Assembly: GCA_049967655.1 (NCBI GenBank)
Contig: JBMFSH010000005.1
Coordinates: forward strand, 59,774 to 123,773
Length of the DNA: 64,000 nt
Source of the DNA: Acidobacteriota bacterium
GTDB taxonomy: Bacteria; Acidobacteriota; UBA4820; DSQY01
Reading direction: 5' to 3'
The notes under the pieces are model-generated. The model saw nothing but the letters and a program-made list of their open reading frames with translations, searched no databases and had not been told where the DNA came from. The position numbers and the translations under genes are program-made. Below are positions 9,964-20,182 of the stretch, in pieces. Each line of letters begins with the position of its first letter. Positions within the stretch are counted from its first letter, which is position 1.

Positions 9964-10138
9964 CTCCAACCTCCCTTCCGAAGAATACACCTGGACGTGG
10001 GGACGTCCAAGAATCAATAGGTGTCTCCGTGGTTCCATCCTGCCGTGCCCCTCCACCTGCCGGAGCGAAGCGGACGTTCCGGGGTGCGGCTTGACCCCGC
10101 CGAGGCCGCAACGCTATCCTCACGGGGGAGGATAGTCA

Positions 10139-10903
10139 TTGGATTGGAGGAAGTGGCGAATCTGGCAGGGACTGGAGTACCTGGGCGGGATCTCCGTCCT
10201 GGCCCGGGACACGGGGAAGGCTATTGTCTCCTCCCGCTGGGAGTGGGGCCTCCTCGCTTATCAGATGGACCTCTTGGGCGTCCAATCGTTCTCCATCGTG
10301 CTGATCACCTCCGTATTCATCGGCATGGTGCTCGCCCTGCAAACGGCCTACGCCTTGCGGTCCTTTGGGGCGAAGCTCTACGTCGGCGAGGCGGTGACCC
10401 TATCCATGACCCGCGAGCTCGCGCCGGTGCTCATTTCCCTCATGGTCGGGGGCCGGGTCGGCGCCGGGATCACGGCCGAGATCGGCTCCATGAACGTCAC
10501 CGAGCAGATCGACGCGCTCAGGGCATTGGGAGCCAACCCCGTCCGCAAGCTGGTGGTTCCCCGCCTGCTGGCCGTCGCGTTCACTCTGCCGCTCCTGGTG
10601 CTCATCGCCGATGCCCTGGGAGTCTTCGGGGGATACCTCATCTCCACGTATCAGCTTCAGATCGCGGGCCGCTTCTACATGTCTCACGTGTTTCGCCTGC
10701 TGCAGTTCTCGGACGTCTTTTCGGGACTCGGAAAGACGCTGTTTTTCGCTCTGTCCATCACCCTCATCGGCTGCTACAACGGGATGAAGGCGAGCGGCGG
10801 GGCGGACGGGGTGGGCCGGGCCACCACCTCCACGGTGGTCCTCAGCTCCATCGTCATCCTCATCTCCGATTTCTTCCTGACCAAGCTTTTCCTTGCCTTT
10901 TGA
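10139..10903 (+). CDS. mlaE: MlaE family ABC permease
   Basis: RELAPVL, GRVGAGITAEIGSMNVTEQIDAL, GVGRATT. Confidence 0.93.
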   Translation: MDWRKWRIWQGLEYLGGISVLARDTGKAIVSSRWEWGLLAYQMDLLGVQSFSIVLITSVFIGMVLALQTAYALRSFGAKLYVGEAVTLSMTRELAPVLISLMVGGRVGAGITAEIGSMNVTEQIDALRALGANPVRKLVVPRLLAVAFTLPLLVLIADALGVFGGYLISTYQLQIAGRFYMSHVFRLLQFSDVFSGLGKTLFFALSITLIGCYNGMKASGGADGVGRATTSTVVLSSIVILISDFFLTKLFLAF

Positions 10904-10906
10904 TCC

Positions 10907-11659
10907 ATGGAAACCTTCATCGAGTACCGCGGCGTCGAGAAGAGCTTCAACACGAACCGGGTGCTCCGGGGCGTCGATCTGACGGTGGCGAAGGGGGAGA
11001 CGCTCGTCATTCTGGGAGGCTCCGGTTCAGGAAAATCGGTCCTTTTGAAACTGACCATCGGGCTGTTGAGGGTCGACCGTGGCCACATTCTGGTCGCTGG
11101 TCAAGATGCAACGCATTTCACCGAGGAGCAGTGGATGCCGGTGCGCCACCGCATCTCCTATATGTTCCAGTGGGGCGCCCTTTTCGATTCCATGTCCGTC
11201 TACGACAACGTGGCCTTTCCGCTCAGAGAGCACAGGGTCTGCGACGAGCCGGAGGTGGAGAGGCGGGTGTCGGAGAAGCTCGCCTTGGTGGGGTTGAGCG
11301 CCGCCAAAGACCTCTACCCCTCAGACTTGTCCGGAGGGATGCGAAAACGGGCGGCGCTCGCCCGTTCCATCGTCATGGAACCGGACTGCGTCCTGTACGA
11401 CGAACCCACATCGGGCCTCGACCCGATCACCGCCGACAGCATCAACCGGCTCATCCGCAGGACACAGAGGCTGCTGGGGGTGACCTCGGTGGTCGTGACG
11501 CACGACATCCAGAGCATGTTTCACGTGGCTGACCGTTTGGCCTTTCTGTACCAGGGGGCCATGGCCTTCATCGGTACGCCCGAAGAGGCCAGGGTCTCCG
11601 AGCACCCCGTGTTGAGAGGCTTTATCGAGGGGAGAAACCCCGATGAACACGAACCCTGA
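10907..11659 (+). CDS. mlaF: MlaF family ABC ATPase
   Basis: GGSGSGKS, LSGGMRKRAALAR, YDEPTSGLDP. Confidence 0.93.
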   Translation: METFIEYRGVEKSFNTNRVLRGVDLTVAKGETLVILGGSGSGKSVLLKLTIGLLRVDRGHILVAGQDATHFTEEQWMPVRHRISYMFQWGALFDSMSVYDNVAFPLREHRVCDEPEVERRVSEKLALVGLSAAKDLYPSDLSGGMRKRAALARSIVMEPDCVLYDEPTSGLDPITADSINRLIRRTQRLLGVTSVVVTHDIQSMFHVADRLAFLYQGAMAFIGTPEEARVSEHPVLRGFIEGRNPDEHEP

Positions 11660-12791
11660 GTGGCGTTCCGTAAGGATCGGGCTTCTGGTGGCCTTGGCCC
11701 TTGTCGTTGCGGCGCTGGCCATCGTCGGCATCAGCAGCCGGCAGAACCTCTTCGAGCGAAAGGCGGAGTACTACAGCTATTTTCCCGATGCCCTCGGCCT
11801 CAAGGAGGGCAGCGGGGTCTGGTACCAGGGCGTCCAGGTGGGTTTCATCTCGGGCATTTCCTTCAGCCGGGACCCCGACATCCAGCACGTCAGGGTGGAC
11901 TACAAGATCGACGCCTCGCTGGTGCCGCGAATCCGCTCGGGGACGAGAGCCTCGATCCGCACACTGGGCATGCTGGGAGACAAGTACCTGGCGCTCGTCT
12001 CCCCGACCTTCACCTCCAATGAGCCGATCATCCTGCCCGGCCACGAGATCCCCATCGACAAGACGCTCAACCTGGAGATGCTCGGCAAGGGTGCCCAGGA
12101 CCTGATCAGCAACACCATCGAGCTCTCCAAGAACATCAACCTTCTGGTTTCCGAGATCAACAGCGGCAAGGGAACGCTCTCCCGCCTGCTGAACGATCCC
12201 GAACTGGGAAAAGAGACGGTAGAGCACCTCAAGCACATCGGCGATAGCATGGATGCGATCGCCAGCAGCATCGCGGGCGGAAGAGGCCTGGCGGGCAAAC
12301 TCCTAGTGGACCCCGTCTACGGCGAGAAGACGGCGCGGGACCTGAGCGACTCGCTGGCCCGCACCAATCAGATCCTTCAGGGCATTCAGGAGGGGAAGGG
12401 CGGTGCGGGAGCCTTTCTGGCCAACAAAGGGGATGGAGAGAGGATCGTCCGAAATCTCGCCCTCACCTCCGATGCCCTCGCCCAGGTGGCGGCGGGGCTT
12501 CAGAGGCCCGGCACCCTGGGAAACAAGCTCTTCATGGACGATGCCTACGGTGAACGGCTGGGAGGAAACCTGCTCTCCATCAGCGATTCCCTGGCTTCCA
12601 TCCTCAAGAAGGTGGACGAGGGCAAGGGCACGTTGGGGGCCCTGGTGAACGACCGCTCGGTATACGATACTCTCTCGGCGGTTGCCGAGGGCATCCGAAA
12701 GAGCCCGATCGTGAGATGGTACCTGAAGCGGAAGGCGGAGACCGCGGCCGAAACCGCCAAGCGCGCGGAGGAAAGGGGAACGACTCGATGA
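11643..12791 (+). CDS. mlaD: MlaD/MCE family protein with long helical extension
   Basis: N-terminal TM, MCE motifs GLKEGSGV..GVQVG and GMLGDKYL; repeated GKGTLxxL units. Confidence 0.88.
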   Translation: MNTNPEWRSVRIGLLVALALVVAALAIVGISSRQNLFERKAEYYSYFPDALGLKEGSGVWYQGVQVGFISGISFSRDPDIQHVRVDYKIDASLVPRIRSGTRASIRTLGMLGDKYLALVSPTFTSNEPIILPGHEIPIDKTLNLEMLGKGAQDLISNTIELSKNINLLVSEINSGKGTLSRLLNDPELGKETVEHLKHIGDSMDAIASSIAGGRGLAGKLLVDPVYGEKTARDLSDSLARTNQILQGIQEGKGGAGAFLANKGDGERIVRNLALTSDALAQVAAGLQRPGTLGNKLFMDDAYGERLGGNLLSISDSLASILKKVDEGKGTLGALVNDRSVYDTLSAVAEGIRKSPIVRWYLKRKAETAAETAKRAEERGTTR

Positions 12792-13738
12792 GAGTTTTGG
12801 TCACGGGAGCGGCCGGCTTCATCGGCTCGCACCTCTGCGAACACCTGGTGTCTAACGGCCAGCAGGTCACCGGAGTGGACAACTTCGATCCCTACTACGA
12901 CCGAACCACCAAGGAGCGGAACCTCAGGGCGCTGAAGGGTTTGGACGGATTCCATTTCCTGGAGCTGGACCTGCGGGAGCGGGCGGCCGTGACGTCCCTC
13001 GTAGCCCAGGGTTGGGACGTGGTGGTCCACCTTGCCGGCAGAGGAGGGGTCCGCCGGAGCATAATGGAACCCCAGGCCTACGCCGAAAACAACTACATCG
13101 CCACGCTCAACGTCCTGGAGGCCATGCGCGAAGGGGGATGCGGACGGCTGGTCTTCGGCTCCACCTCCAGCGTCTACGGCTCGCGCAGCACGGCGCCGTT
13201 CCGAGAGGACGATTCCACCGATCGCCCCCTTTCACCTTACGCGGCCACGAAAAAGGCCTGCGAGGTGCTCTGCCACGCCTACCACCACCTCCACGGTATG
13301 GAGATCTTCGCGCTCCGGTTCTTCACGGTGTACGGTCCACGGCAGAGACCGGACATGGCCATCTACCGGTTCGTGCAGGCCATCTCCCGCCACGAGCCCA
13401 TCGAACGCTACGGCGACGGCTCCACCGAACGCGACTACACCTACGTGGAGGATATCGTAAAGGCCACGGCCCTGGCGGTCGAACGAGTGAAGGGCTATGA
13501 GATCATCAACGTGGGCGGATCGAGGACCACCAGCCTGGGAACGCTCATCGAGCTCATCGAGCGACTGCTGGGTGAGCGGGCCATGATCGTGGAGAAGCCC
13601 CTTCCCCCCGGGGACGTGCCGCTCACCTCGGCCGACACGACCAAGGCTGCCAGCCTCCTGGACTTCACGTCGCAGGTCCCCATCGAAGAGGGGCTGAAGA
13701 GATTCATCCAATGGTTTCGTGAGGAGCAGATTGCATGA
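12788..13738 (+). CDS. NAD-dependent epimerase (UDP-glucuronate 4-epimerase-like)
   Basis: GAAGFIG, STSSVYG, YAATK, RFFTVYGPRQRPDMA. Confidence 0.9.
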   Translation: MRVLVTGAAGFIGSHLCEHLVSNGQQVTGVDNFDPYYDRTTKERNLRALKGLDGFHFLELDLRERAAVTSLVAQGWDVVVHLAGRGGVRRSIMEPQAYAENNYIATLNVLEAMREGGCGRLVFGSTSSVYGSRSTAPFREDDSTDRPLSPYAATKKACEVLCHAYHHLHGMEIFALRFFTVYGPRQRPDMAIYRFVQAISRHEPIERYGDGSTERDYTYVEDIVKATALAVERVKGYEIINVGGSRTTSLGTLIELIERLLGERAMIVEKPLPPGDVPLTSADTTKAASLLDFTSQVPIEEGLKRFIQWFREEQIA

Positions 13739-15033
13739 GAGTAACGGTAGTGGGAACCGGCTACGTGGGCCTCGTCACGGGCGCATGTCTCGCCCATTTC
13801 GGGCTGGACGTGACGTGCGCCGATGTGGACAAGGGCAAGATCGACAAGCTGAAGAAGGGAATCATCCCCATTTATGAGCCGGGCCTGGAGGAGGTGGTTC
13901 ACCGGAACGTTCAAGCCGGGCGCCTGCGCTTCACGACGGACGTGGCCGCCGCCATGTCCCCCGCCGAGGTGGTCTTCCTCGCGGTGGGCACGCCGCCCCT
14001 GCCCGACGGCAGCGCCGACATGCGGTACATTTTCGATGCCGTGACCATCTTTTCCGAGAACCACAAGGGCTACCAGGTGGTGGTGACCAAGAGCACGGTG
14101 CCCGTCGGAACCGGGGCGAGGATCGAGGCCATCCTGAGCGAGAAGCATCCGCGTGATAGCTTCGCCGTCGTCTCCAACCCCGAGTTTCTGCGCGAGGGCT
14201 CCGCCGTCCTGGATTTCATGAAGCCCGAGCGCATCGTGGTCGGGTGCGACGACCCCAAGGCCCAGGAGATCATGCGCAGGCTCTACAAGCTCCAGACGGA
14301 CCAGAACGTGCAACTGCTGATGACGGGGCGCGTGAGCGCCGAGCTGATCAAGTACGCCAGCAACGCCTTCCTCGCCACTAAGATCTCGTTCATCAATGAA
14401 ATATCCCGCCTTTGCGAGGAGGTGGGCGCTGACGTCATGGACGTGTCGAGGGGAATGGGCATGGACACGCGCATCGGTCCCCGTTTCCTGCACCCGGGCC
14501 CCGGCTACGGCGGTTCGTGTTTCCCCAAAGATACCCGTGCCCTCCTGGACGTGGCCAGGTCCCACAAGGTTGCGCTCAGGGTCGTGGAGGCGGCGTTGGC
14601 CGCCAACGAAGACCAGATCCAGCGTTCGTTGAACAAGATCCAGCGGGCCTTCGGCGAAGTCAAGGGAAAGACCGTTGCCCTCCTCGGGCTGGCCTTCAAG
14701 AGCGATACGGACGATATCCGGGAGTCGCCGGCCATGAAGATCGCGGCCGCCCTCCTGGACGCTGGGGCCAAAGTGCGCGCCCACGATCCGGCGGCCTCCG
14801 CCAACGCCATGCGCGAGCTCCCGCAGCTCAAGACCTTCGGGGACCCCTATGAAGCGGCGAAGGGAGCGGACGGCGTTGTTGTCGCCACCGAGTGGAACGA
14901 ATTCAAGAAGCTGGACTGGCCCCGCATGAAGGAGTGCCTGAAGGCCCCGCTGGTGGTGGACCTTCGCAACCTCTACGACATTCGGGAGATGGCCGAGGCG
15001 GGATTCTCCTGCTTCTCGGTCGGGCGCTCCTGA
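13735..15033 (+). CDS. ugd: UDP-glucose 6-dehydrogenase
   Basis: GTGYVG, KSTVPVG, NPEFLREG, GYGGSCFPKD. Confidence 0.95.
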   Translation: MRVTVVGTGYVGLVTGACLAHFGLDVTCADVDKGKIDKLKKGIIPIYEPGLEEVVHRNVQAGRLRFTTDVAAAMSPAEVVFLAVGTPPLPDGSADMRYIFDAVTIFSENHKGYQVVVTKSTVPVGTGARIEAILSEKHPRDSFAVVSNPEFLREGSAVLDFMKPERIVVGCDDPKAQEIMRRLYKLQTDQNVQLLMTGRVSAELIKYASNAFLATKISFINEISRLCEEVGADVMDVSRGMGMDTRIGPRFLHPGPGYGGSCFPKDTRALLDVARSHKVALRVVEAALAANEDQIQRSLNKIQRAFGEVKGKTVALLGLAFKSDTDDIRESPAMKIAAALLDAGAKVRAHDPAASANAMRELPQLKTFGDPYEAAKGADGVVVATEWNEFKKLDWPRMKECLKAPLVVDLRNLYDIREMAEAGFSCFSVGRS

Positions 15034-15083
15034 GTCCGCCCTCGCCGCGCCCGAGGGCGAGCCGCACGGTGGAAGACCGGATC

Positions 15084-15734
15084 ATGCTTGAACGCGTGGA
15101 CAAACCCTTTGGTGGGGGAGAGGCCTCTCTCCCCCTTCGCTTGATACACGGCGATTGGTGGAAGGAGGAGGACCTGCCCATCGCCTGGGAGCGCTACCTA
15201 GGAACGCGTCCCCTCGCGGTGGAGGTGGGCTTCGGCGGCGGAGAGTTTCTGCTCGCCATGGCCAAGCTCCACCCCGAAACGGGCTTCGTGGGCATCGAAC
15301 AGTTCGCCGAAGGCTACCGCAGGCTCCTGAAGCACGTGGCCGCGGAAGGGCTCACGAACGTACTCGCCGCCATGGGGGACGCGTTCATCCTCCTCAACCT
15401 GGCCTTCGAGGAGCGTAGTCTCGATTCAGTGACGATCAACTTTCCGGATCCTTGGCCCAAGGCGAGACACGCCCGCCGCCGCCTGCTCTCCGCTGAGTTC
15501 TTCAGGATCGCGGCTCGCAAGCTTCGCGAGGGCGGCCAACTCCGAGCCGCCACCGACGATCCTGCCTTCGCGCAGCAGGCGCTGGAAGCCTTCGACGTTG
15601 TGACCGAGCTCGTGCGCTGCCACCCCGAACCCTGGCTGAGCCGGTCTCCCTACCCCGTCCAGACTCGGTACGAGAGGAAGTGGATCGCGGAGGGACGGGC
15701 CCTTCACTATTTCACCTACGAGCGTCGGCGCTAG
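15084..15734 (+). CDS. trmB: tRNA (guanine-N7)-methyltransferase
   Basis: EVGFGGG, NFPDPWPKARHARRR, ATDD, TRYERK. Confidence 0.92.
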   Translation: MLERVDKPFGGGEASLPLRLIHGDWWKEEDLPIAWERYLGTRPLAVEVGFGGGEFLLAMAKLHPETGFVGIEQFAEGYRRLLKHVAAEGLTNVLAAMGDAFILLNLAFEERSLDSVTINFPDPWPKARHARRRLLSAEFFRIAARKLREGGQLRAATDDPAFAQQALEAFDVVTELVRCHPEPWLSRSPYPVQTRYERKWIAEGRALHYFTYERRR

Positions 15735-15755
15735 CGCCGGCACCGAGAGGCACCC

Positions 15756-16166
15756 ATGCCACACGTAAAACTCGCCGGGGAGCTGGCCCCGGCCCGCGTC
15801 TGGAAGCGGCCGCCCGCCTTTCACTTCTCGATCCCGGAGGAGGAGCTTCACATCAAGTTCACCGAATCGTTCCTGAATCACGAGGGGAACGTGGTTCTTC
15901 TGAAGTACATCCTGGTGGAGGGACGATTGACCCAGCGGGTACAGGTGCTCATGGTGCGCACGGGCGCCGAATGGCTCGTGAAGCTGGACGGGACCTATCC
16001 CATCCTGCGAACGGCGGGGGTCAAGATCCTCCTCGCCACCATCGGAGCATGGCTGACCTCGCTGGGGCTGCAAACGGTGGCCACCAACCTGGGACCGTAC
16101 GAGGCGAGGGGCGCCTTCTACGCGCTGCACATGTCCGCAGAACTGGAGGGGACCACGGAGGAATGA
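15756..16166 (+). CDS. Hypothetical protein
   Basis: SD GAGAGG, host-like codon usage, co-oriented after trmB; no recognised motif. Confidence 0.7.
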   Translation: MPHVKLAGELAPARVWKRPPAFHFSIPEEELHIKFTESFLNHEGNVVLLKYILVEGRLTQRVQVLMVRTGAEWLVKLDGTYPILRTAGVKILLATIGAWLTSLGLQTVATNLGPYEARGAFYALHMSAELEGTTEE

Positions 16167-16311
16167 AGCGGAAGAGGCCGGACTGCCGCCCGCTTGCTCT
16201 CATCCCGCCGGATTGAAGTGGCATCCCACCGGCGGCAAGGGCGTGGAAGCGCCATCCCTGCTTCGCCGCGTCTGGCGCGATGACGCGGCAGGCAGGACCG
16301 CCGTGGGGCAG

Positions 16312-17670
16312 CTATGGGCTGGTGGCCTGCGGCCGCGACGGAGCCTCAGCCAGAAGGGTCGGCTCCCGCAGGAAGTCGGCGAGCCGCATCTCGCCGAGGG
16401 AGGCATCGAAAGCCGCCCCCTCCCGCTCGATCCACTCCCTCGAAGTGGGGCAGCACTCCTTCAGGCTGGCCATGAAGGTCTGGTGGTAGAGGCGGGCTAC
16501 CTCCCCTGCGGTGATCATGGCCGGGGGGCGAGCGGGGACTAGGCCGTCGTTCTCTGTGCGCACGACCAGTCCGGCCCTCTCCAGGGAGGCGAACCAGATC
16601 CTGGCCTGATCCGGATGAACGTAGTACAGCCTGACCAGTTCGTCCGCATCCTGCGGCGCCTTCCCTTGGGCGAAGGTCCGAAGTATCTCCAGGAGAAGAG
16701 CGAGCGAAACTTGTCTCGAAAGCGGGATGAACCCCTGCGCAAGGGCTGAGCGCCGCCTGGCCTCCATCTGGAGCAGCTCCATGTGCTGAAGCACGTAGGC
16801 CAGCTCGGCGCCCACGAGCACGATGATCCACGAGTAGTAGATCCAGATCATGCCTATGGGCAGGATGGCCACGGAGCCGTACACCTTGCCCACCGTGCTG
16901 CGGCTGAACACGAGCTCCACGTAGCGGCTCAGGGCCACCTTCGCCACCTCCCAAAAGAAGGCGGCCAGAAGGGCCGCAGCCAGGGCTGGCCTGGTTCGGA
17001 CCCGTGCCCTGGGCACGAACCGGTAGAGGCAGAAAAAGGCCGCCAGGGTCAAGAGGTAGGGAATCCCGAAGTGCAGCAGGAGGAAGGTCTTGAACCACTC
17101 CTTGCGGATTCTCGCGGTAAGGGCGAAGGAGAGCCCGACCAGAATGGGCAGGAGGGTGACGCCCATCCAAAGCAGGGAGACCCTCGACAAAACGCTCCCC
17201 GTCCGCTTCTGGGACCGCCAGATCTCATTCAGCGCCTTCTCCACCAGGAGGATGAGCGAGCTTCCGAGGAGCAAGAGGACCAGAACGGCGATGGCGCCCG
17301 AAACCCCCGAGCCCAGGAGGCCGAGGTTCTTGGAGATGCTATCGAAGAGGTCCATGACCACCTGGCGCGCGGCGGGGGTCATGAGCTGCCGGATCAGCGC
17401 GCTCTGGATCTCGGCCACGTGCTCCTTGAAGAGGACCGAGTGGCTCACGATGAAAAGGAAGAGGGCGGTGAGCGGAAAAAGGTAGAGCATGGTGAAGAAG
17501 GAGAGGGTGGCGGCCCTGAGTGTGACGAGATCTTCCCATCCCTTATGGACGGTGTGGTAGAGAGCCCGGAGCCAGAGATCCAGCAGGCTCCGCAGCCGCG
17601 ACACGTGCTGAGCCTCCCGGAGCACGACGCTGCTGATCCGATCCCTCCAGGGCGTCATGTCAGCCAGCAT
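16312..17670 (-). CDS. YihY/BrkB family membrane protein with C-terminal wHTH-like domain
   Basis: AATLSFFT, LNEIW, VYGSVAILPIGMIWIYYSWIIVLVGAE; start uncertain. Confidence 0.88.
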   Translation of the reverse strand: MLADMTPWRDRISSVVLREAQHVSRLRSLLDLWLRALYHTVHKGWEDLVTLRAATLSFFTMLYLFPLTALFLFIVSHSVLFKEHVAEIQSALIRQLMTPAARQVVMDLFDSISKNLGLLGSGVSGAIAVLVLLLLGSSLILLVEKALNEIWRSQKRTGSVLSRVSLLWMGVTLLPILVGLSFALTARIRKEWFKTFLLLHFGIPYLLTLAAFFCLYRFVPRARVRTRPALAAALLAAFFWEVAKVALSRYVELVFSRSTVGKVYGSVAILPIGMIWIYYSWIIVLVGAELAYVLQHMELLQMEARRRSALAQGFIPLSRQVSLALLLEILRTFAQGKAPQDADELVRLYYVHPDQARIWFASLERAGLVVRTENDGLVPARPPAMITAGEVARLYHQTFMASLKECCPTSREWIEREGAAFDASLGEMRLADFLREPTLLAEAPSRPQATSP

Positions 17671-17776
17671 AAACGAGACGTGCGCCGCCCGCAAGAAGGG
17701 AGGGAGGATCCCGATCTTGGAGTCTTGGATCGGGGATCGGGTGGAGTGGAGCGCCGGGGGATGAAACGGAGGAGCC

Positions 17777-18724
17777 TTACTGGCGCTGGCCGCAGAAGGG
17801 GCAGGTCACGGCCCTTCTCGGCAGGGGCCGTCGGCAGTGGAAGCAGAAGGCCTCGCGCGGCGGATTGTCCCTTGCGGCGATGCGCTCGCGGATGTCCGCC
17901 AGCTCTCGCTCCCGGCGCGGCGTCAGGCGGATGTGGCGGAGGTCCTCCAGGAGGTCCAGGGCGTTGCGGTAGCGCTGGGACAGGTCGCGGGCCATGGCCT
18001 TCACGATGACGTCGCTGAACTCCTTGCTCACCCGCCGGTTCTTGAGGACCGGCGGCGTGAAACGCCCGGCGGCAACGAGCTCCTCGATGCGCGAGGGGTT
18101 CAGGTCGAAGAAGGGAAGCACCCCCGTGACCATCTCGTACATCATCACGCCGATGGAGTACACGTCGGAGGCGAAGGTGGTCCTGCCCTGAAAGTGCTCC
18201 GGAGCCATGTAGGGGGGCGAGCCGATGCGCGTGGAGGCGTAGGGGTCCCGTTCCAGGAGCCGCGAGATGGAAAAGTCCACGACCTTGGCCTCCAGGTCCT
18301 TGGTCAGGAGGACGTTGCTGGGCCGGAGGTCCCGGTGCAGGATGTTCCGCGAATGGGCGTAGCGGACCGCGTCCGCGATCTGCACGGACCAGGACAGGGC
18401 CCGCTGTTCGTCGGCCTGCCCCTCGCGCGTGAGCCATTCGGCCAGCGATTCGCCCTCCACGTACTCCATGACGATGAAGAAGGTTCCCGAAGCCTCGTCC
18501 CTGTCGGCGGTGAGCACGGAGACGATGTGGGGATGGTTCAGGGGAGCCATGAGACGGGCTTCGGATGCCAGATCCTCGATGCTCAGATTCTGCCTGTGGG
18601 GAACCTTCAGGGCCACCCATTTGCCGATGTAGGTGTCCTCGGCCAGAAAAACGGCCCCGAATCCACCGTTCCCCAGCGGCCTGACGATGCGGTACTTGCC
18701 GACGACCTGATCCTTGAGGAACAT
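17777..18724 (-). CDS. Hanks-type Ser/Thr protein kinase with C-terminal zinc ribbon
   Basis: LGNGGFGAV, VALK, HRDLRPSN, DFS, YMAPE, SDVYS; CFHC...CPFC. Confidence 0.92.
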   Translation of the reverse strand: MFLKDQVVGKYRIVRPLGNGGFGAVFLAEDTYIGKWVALKVPHRQNLSIEDLASEARLMAPLNHPHIVSVLTADRDEASGTFFIVMEYVEGESLAEWLTREGQADEQRALSWSVQIADAVRYAHSRNILHRDLRPSNVLLTKDLEAKVVDFSISRLLERDPYASTRIGSPPYMAPEHFQGRTTFASDVYSIGVMMYEMVTGVLPFFDLNPSRIEELVAAGRFTPPVLKNRRVSKEFSDVIVKAMARDLSQRYRNALDLLEDLRHIRLTPRRERELADIRERIAARDNPPREAFCFHCRRPLPRRAVTCPFCGQRQ

Positions 18725-18788
18725 GCCCCTCCCGAAGGACACAGTATACACGGAGAGAACAAAGTCTCGAACCGTTCGGGAGGCGCGC

Positions 18789-19544
18789 TCAGCGCGACAG
18801 GCCCCGCGAGAGGCGGCGTCCGGCTTTGCGGACCCTCGTGCGCACGGAGCGGCGCAGCGGCCTCCTGTGCAGGGGGCCCATCACCACGAGGTGGGGCTGC
18901 AGTTCGGCCTCGTCGAAGAGGACGTAGGCGGGGTTGGAGGTGAGCCAGGAGGAGGGATTCAGAAAGCCGACCCGGCCCGAGAGGTCGCTCTCGCGGTGGT
19001 GGGTATGCCCTACGACCACCCACCGGGCCCCCTTCGCGGAGGCCTTCTCCAAGGCCCTGCGCTTCACCTTGGCGACGGCTCGCGCAAAGATCACGTTGGA
19101 CCGCTGGGCCCACTGGATCGCCGTCTTCCGCGGCACGTCGAACCAGATGGCGAAGCCGTAGAAGATGTCGCGGAGGTTCTTTAATCCCCGCGTGCGGCTG
19201 TGGAAGTCATCGAACTGGTCGCCGTGTACCACGTAGACCTTATCCCCGCGGAAGAGAAAGGAGTACTCCTCCCTGATCGGAACGCCGAGCAGGTGCGCCA
19301 GGACGTTCGCGGAGCCGTCGTGGTTCCCTCGGATCCAGATCACCTCGCGCTGTACCGAGAGCGCCCGGAGCTGCTCCACCACCTTCCAGTGCCGGTCCTT
19401 GAGGCGACGGAAATTGAGGTCGTCGAAGATGTCGCCATTGAGGATCAGACGGTCGAAATCGGCCCGCTCCAGGAGGGCGGAGAGTTGCCCCGCCCGGCAA
19501 AGCGGTGAGCCGAGGTGGACGTCGCCCAATACAATCGTTCGCAT
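18789..19544 (-). CDS. Metallophosphoesterase (LpxH/UDP-2,3-diacylglucosamine hydrolase-like)
   Basis: DVHLG, GDIFD, GNHD, HGD, GHTH motifs. Confidence 0.88.
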   Translation of the reverse strand: MRTIVLGDVHLGSPLCRAGQLSALLERADFDRLILNGDIFDDLNFRRLKDRHWKVVEQLRALSVQREVIWIRGNHDGSANVLAHLLGVPIREEYSFLFRGDKVYVVHGDQFDDFHSRTRGLKNLRDIFYGFAIWFDVPRKTAIQWAQRSNVIFARAVAKVKRRALEKASAKGARWVVVGHTHHRESDLSGRVGFLNPSSWLTSNPAYVLFDEAELQPHLVVMGPLHRRPLRRSVRTRVRKAGRRLSRGLSR

Positions 19545-19675
19545 GATCCGATCCTAGAAGCTATTCTAGCATAGGAAAGCGGCTTCTTGCCTCGCCGTGG
19601 GCCAGGCGGGATAATAGGACGGGGCCCCGCTCAGAGGGGCGGTGGCCCGAGCTACCGATAAGGGGGGACAGCGAG

Positions 19676-20092
19676 ATGCCCGTGAACGTTCGATGGGTGG
19701 AGAAGAGCGCCTTCGCGGCACGCTCCGAAGGCAACCACTGGGTCATGATGGACAGCACCTTCAACGGAGGCGACGGCGCCGCTCCCTCGCCCATCGAGTA
19801 CGTGCTCATGGGGTTGGGCGGCTGTTCGGGCATCGATCTGGTGGCCATCCTGCAGAAGATGCGGCAGGATGTGACCGGCGTGGAGATCGAGATCGAGGGC
19901 GTGCGCGCCGATGAGCACCCGAGGGTCTACGTCAAGGTGCACGTCCGCTACAGGGTTCGGGGCAGGAATCTCAACCCGGCCCGAATCCAGGCCGCGGTCG
20001 AACTGGCCGACGAGGAGTACTGCGCCATCGCCGCCATGCTGAGGAAGACGGCGGATTACACCTACGAGGTGGTGGTGGAGGAGGAGGCCTAA
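19676..20092 (+). CDS. OsmC/YhfA family protein
   Basis: PSPIEYVLMGLGGCSGID and YCAI cysteine pair. Confidence 0.9.
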   Translation: MPVNVRWVEKSAFAARSEGNHWVMMDSTFNGGDGAAPSPIEYVLMGLGGCSGIDLVAILQKMRQDVTGVEIEIEGVRADEHPRVYVKVHVRYRVRGRNLNPARIQAAVELADEEYCAIAAMLRKTADYTYEVVVEEEA

Positions 20093-20182
20093 GGGCCGCC
20101 TGACGCGGGTAAGCCCCGCGTCCGGGCCACGAACCTGACACCTCGTGACGCGAGCAGCGCCACGGACAGCCGGGAGGACGCG

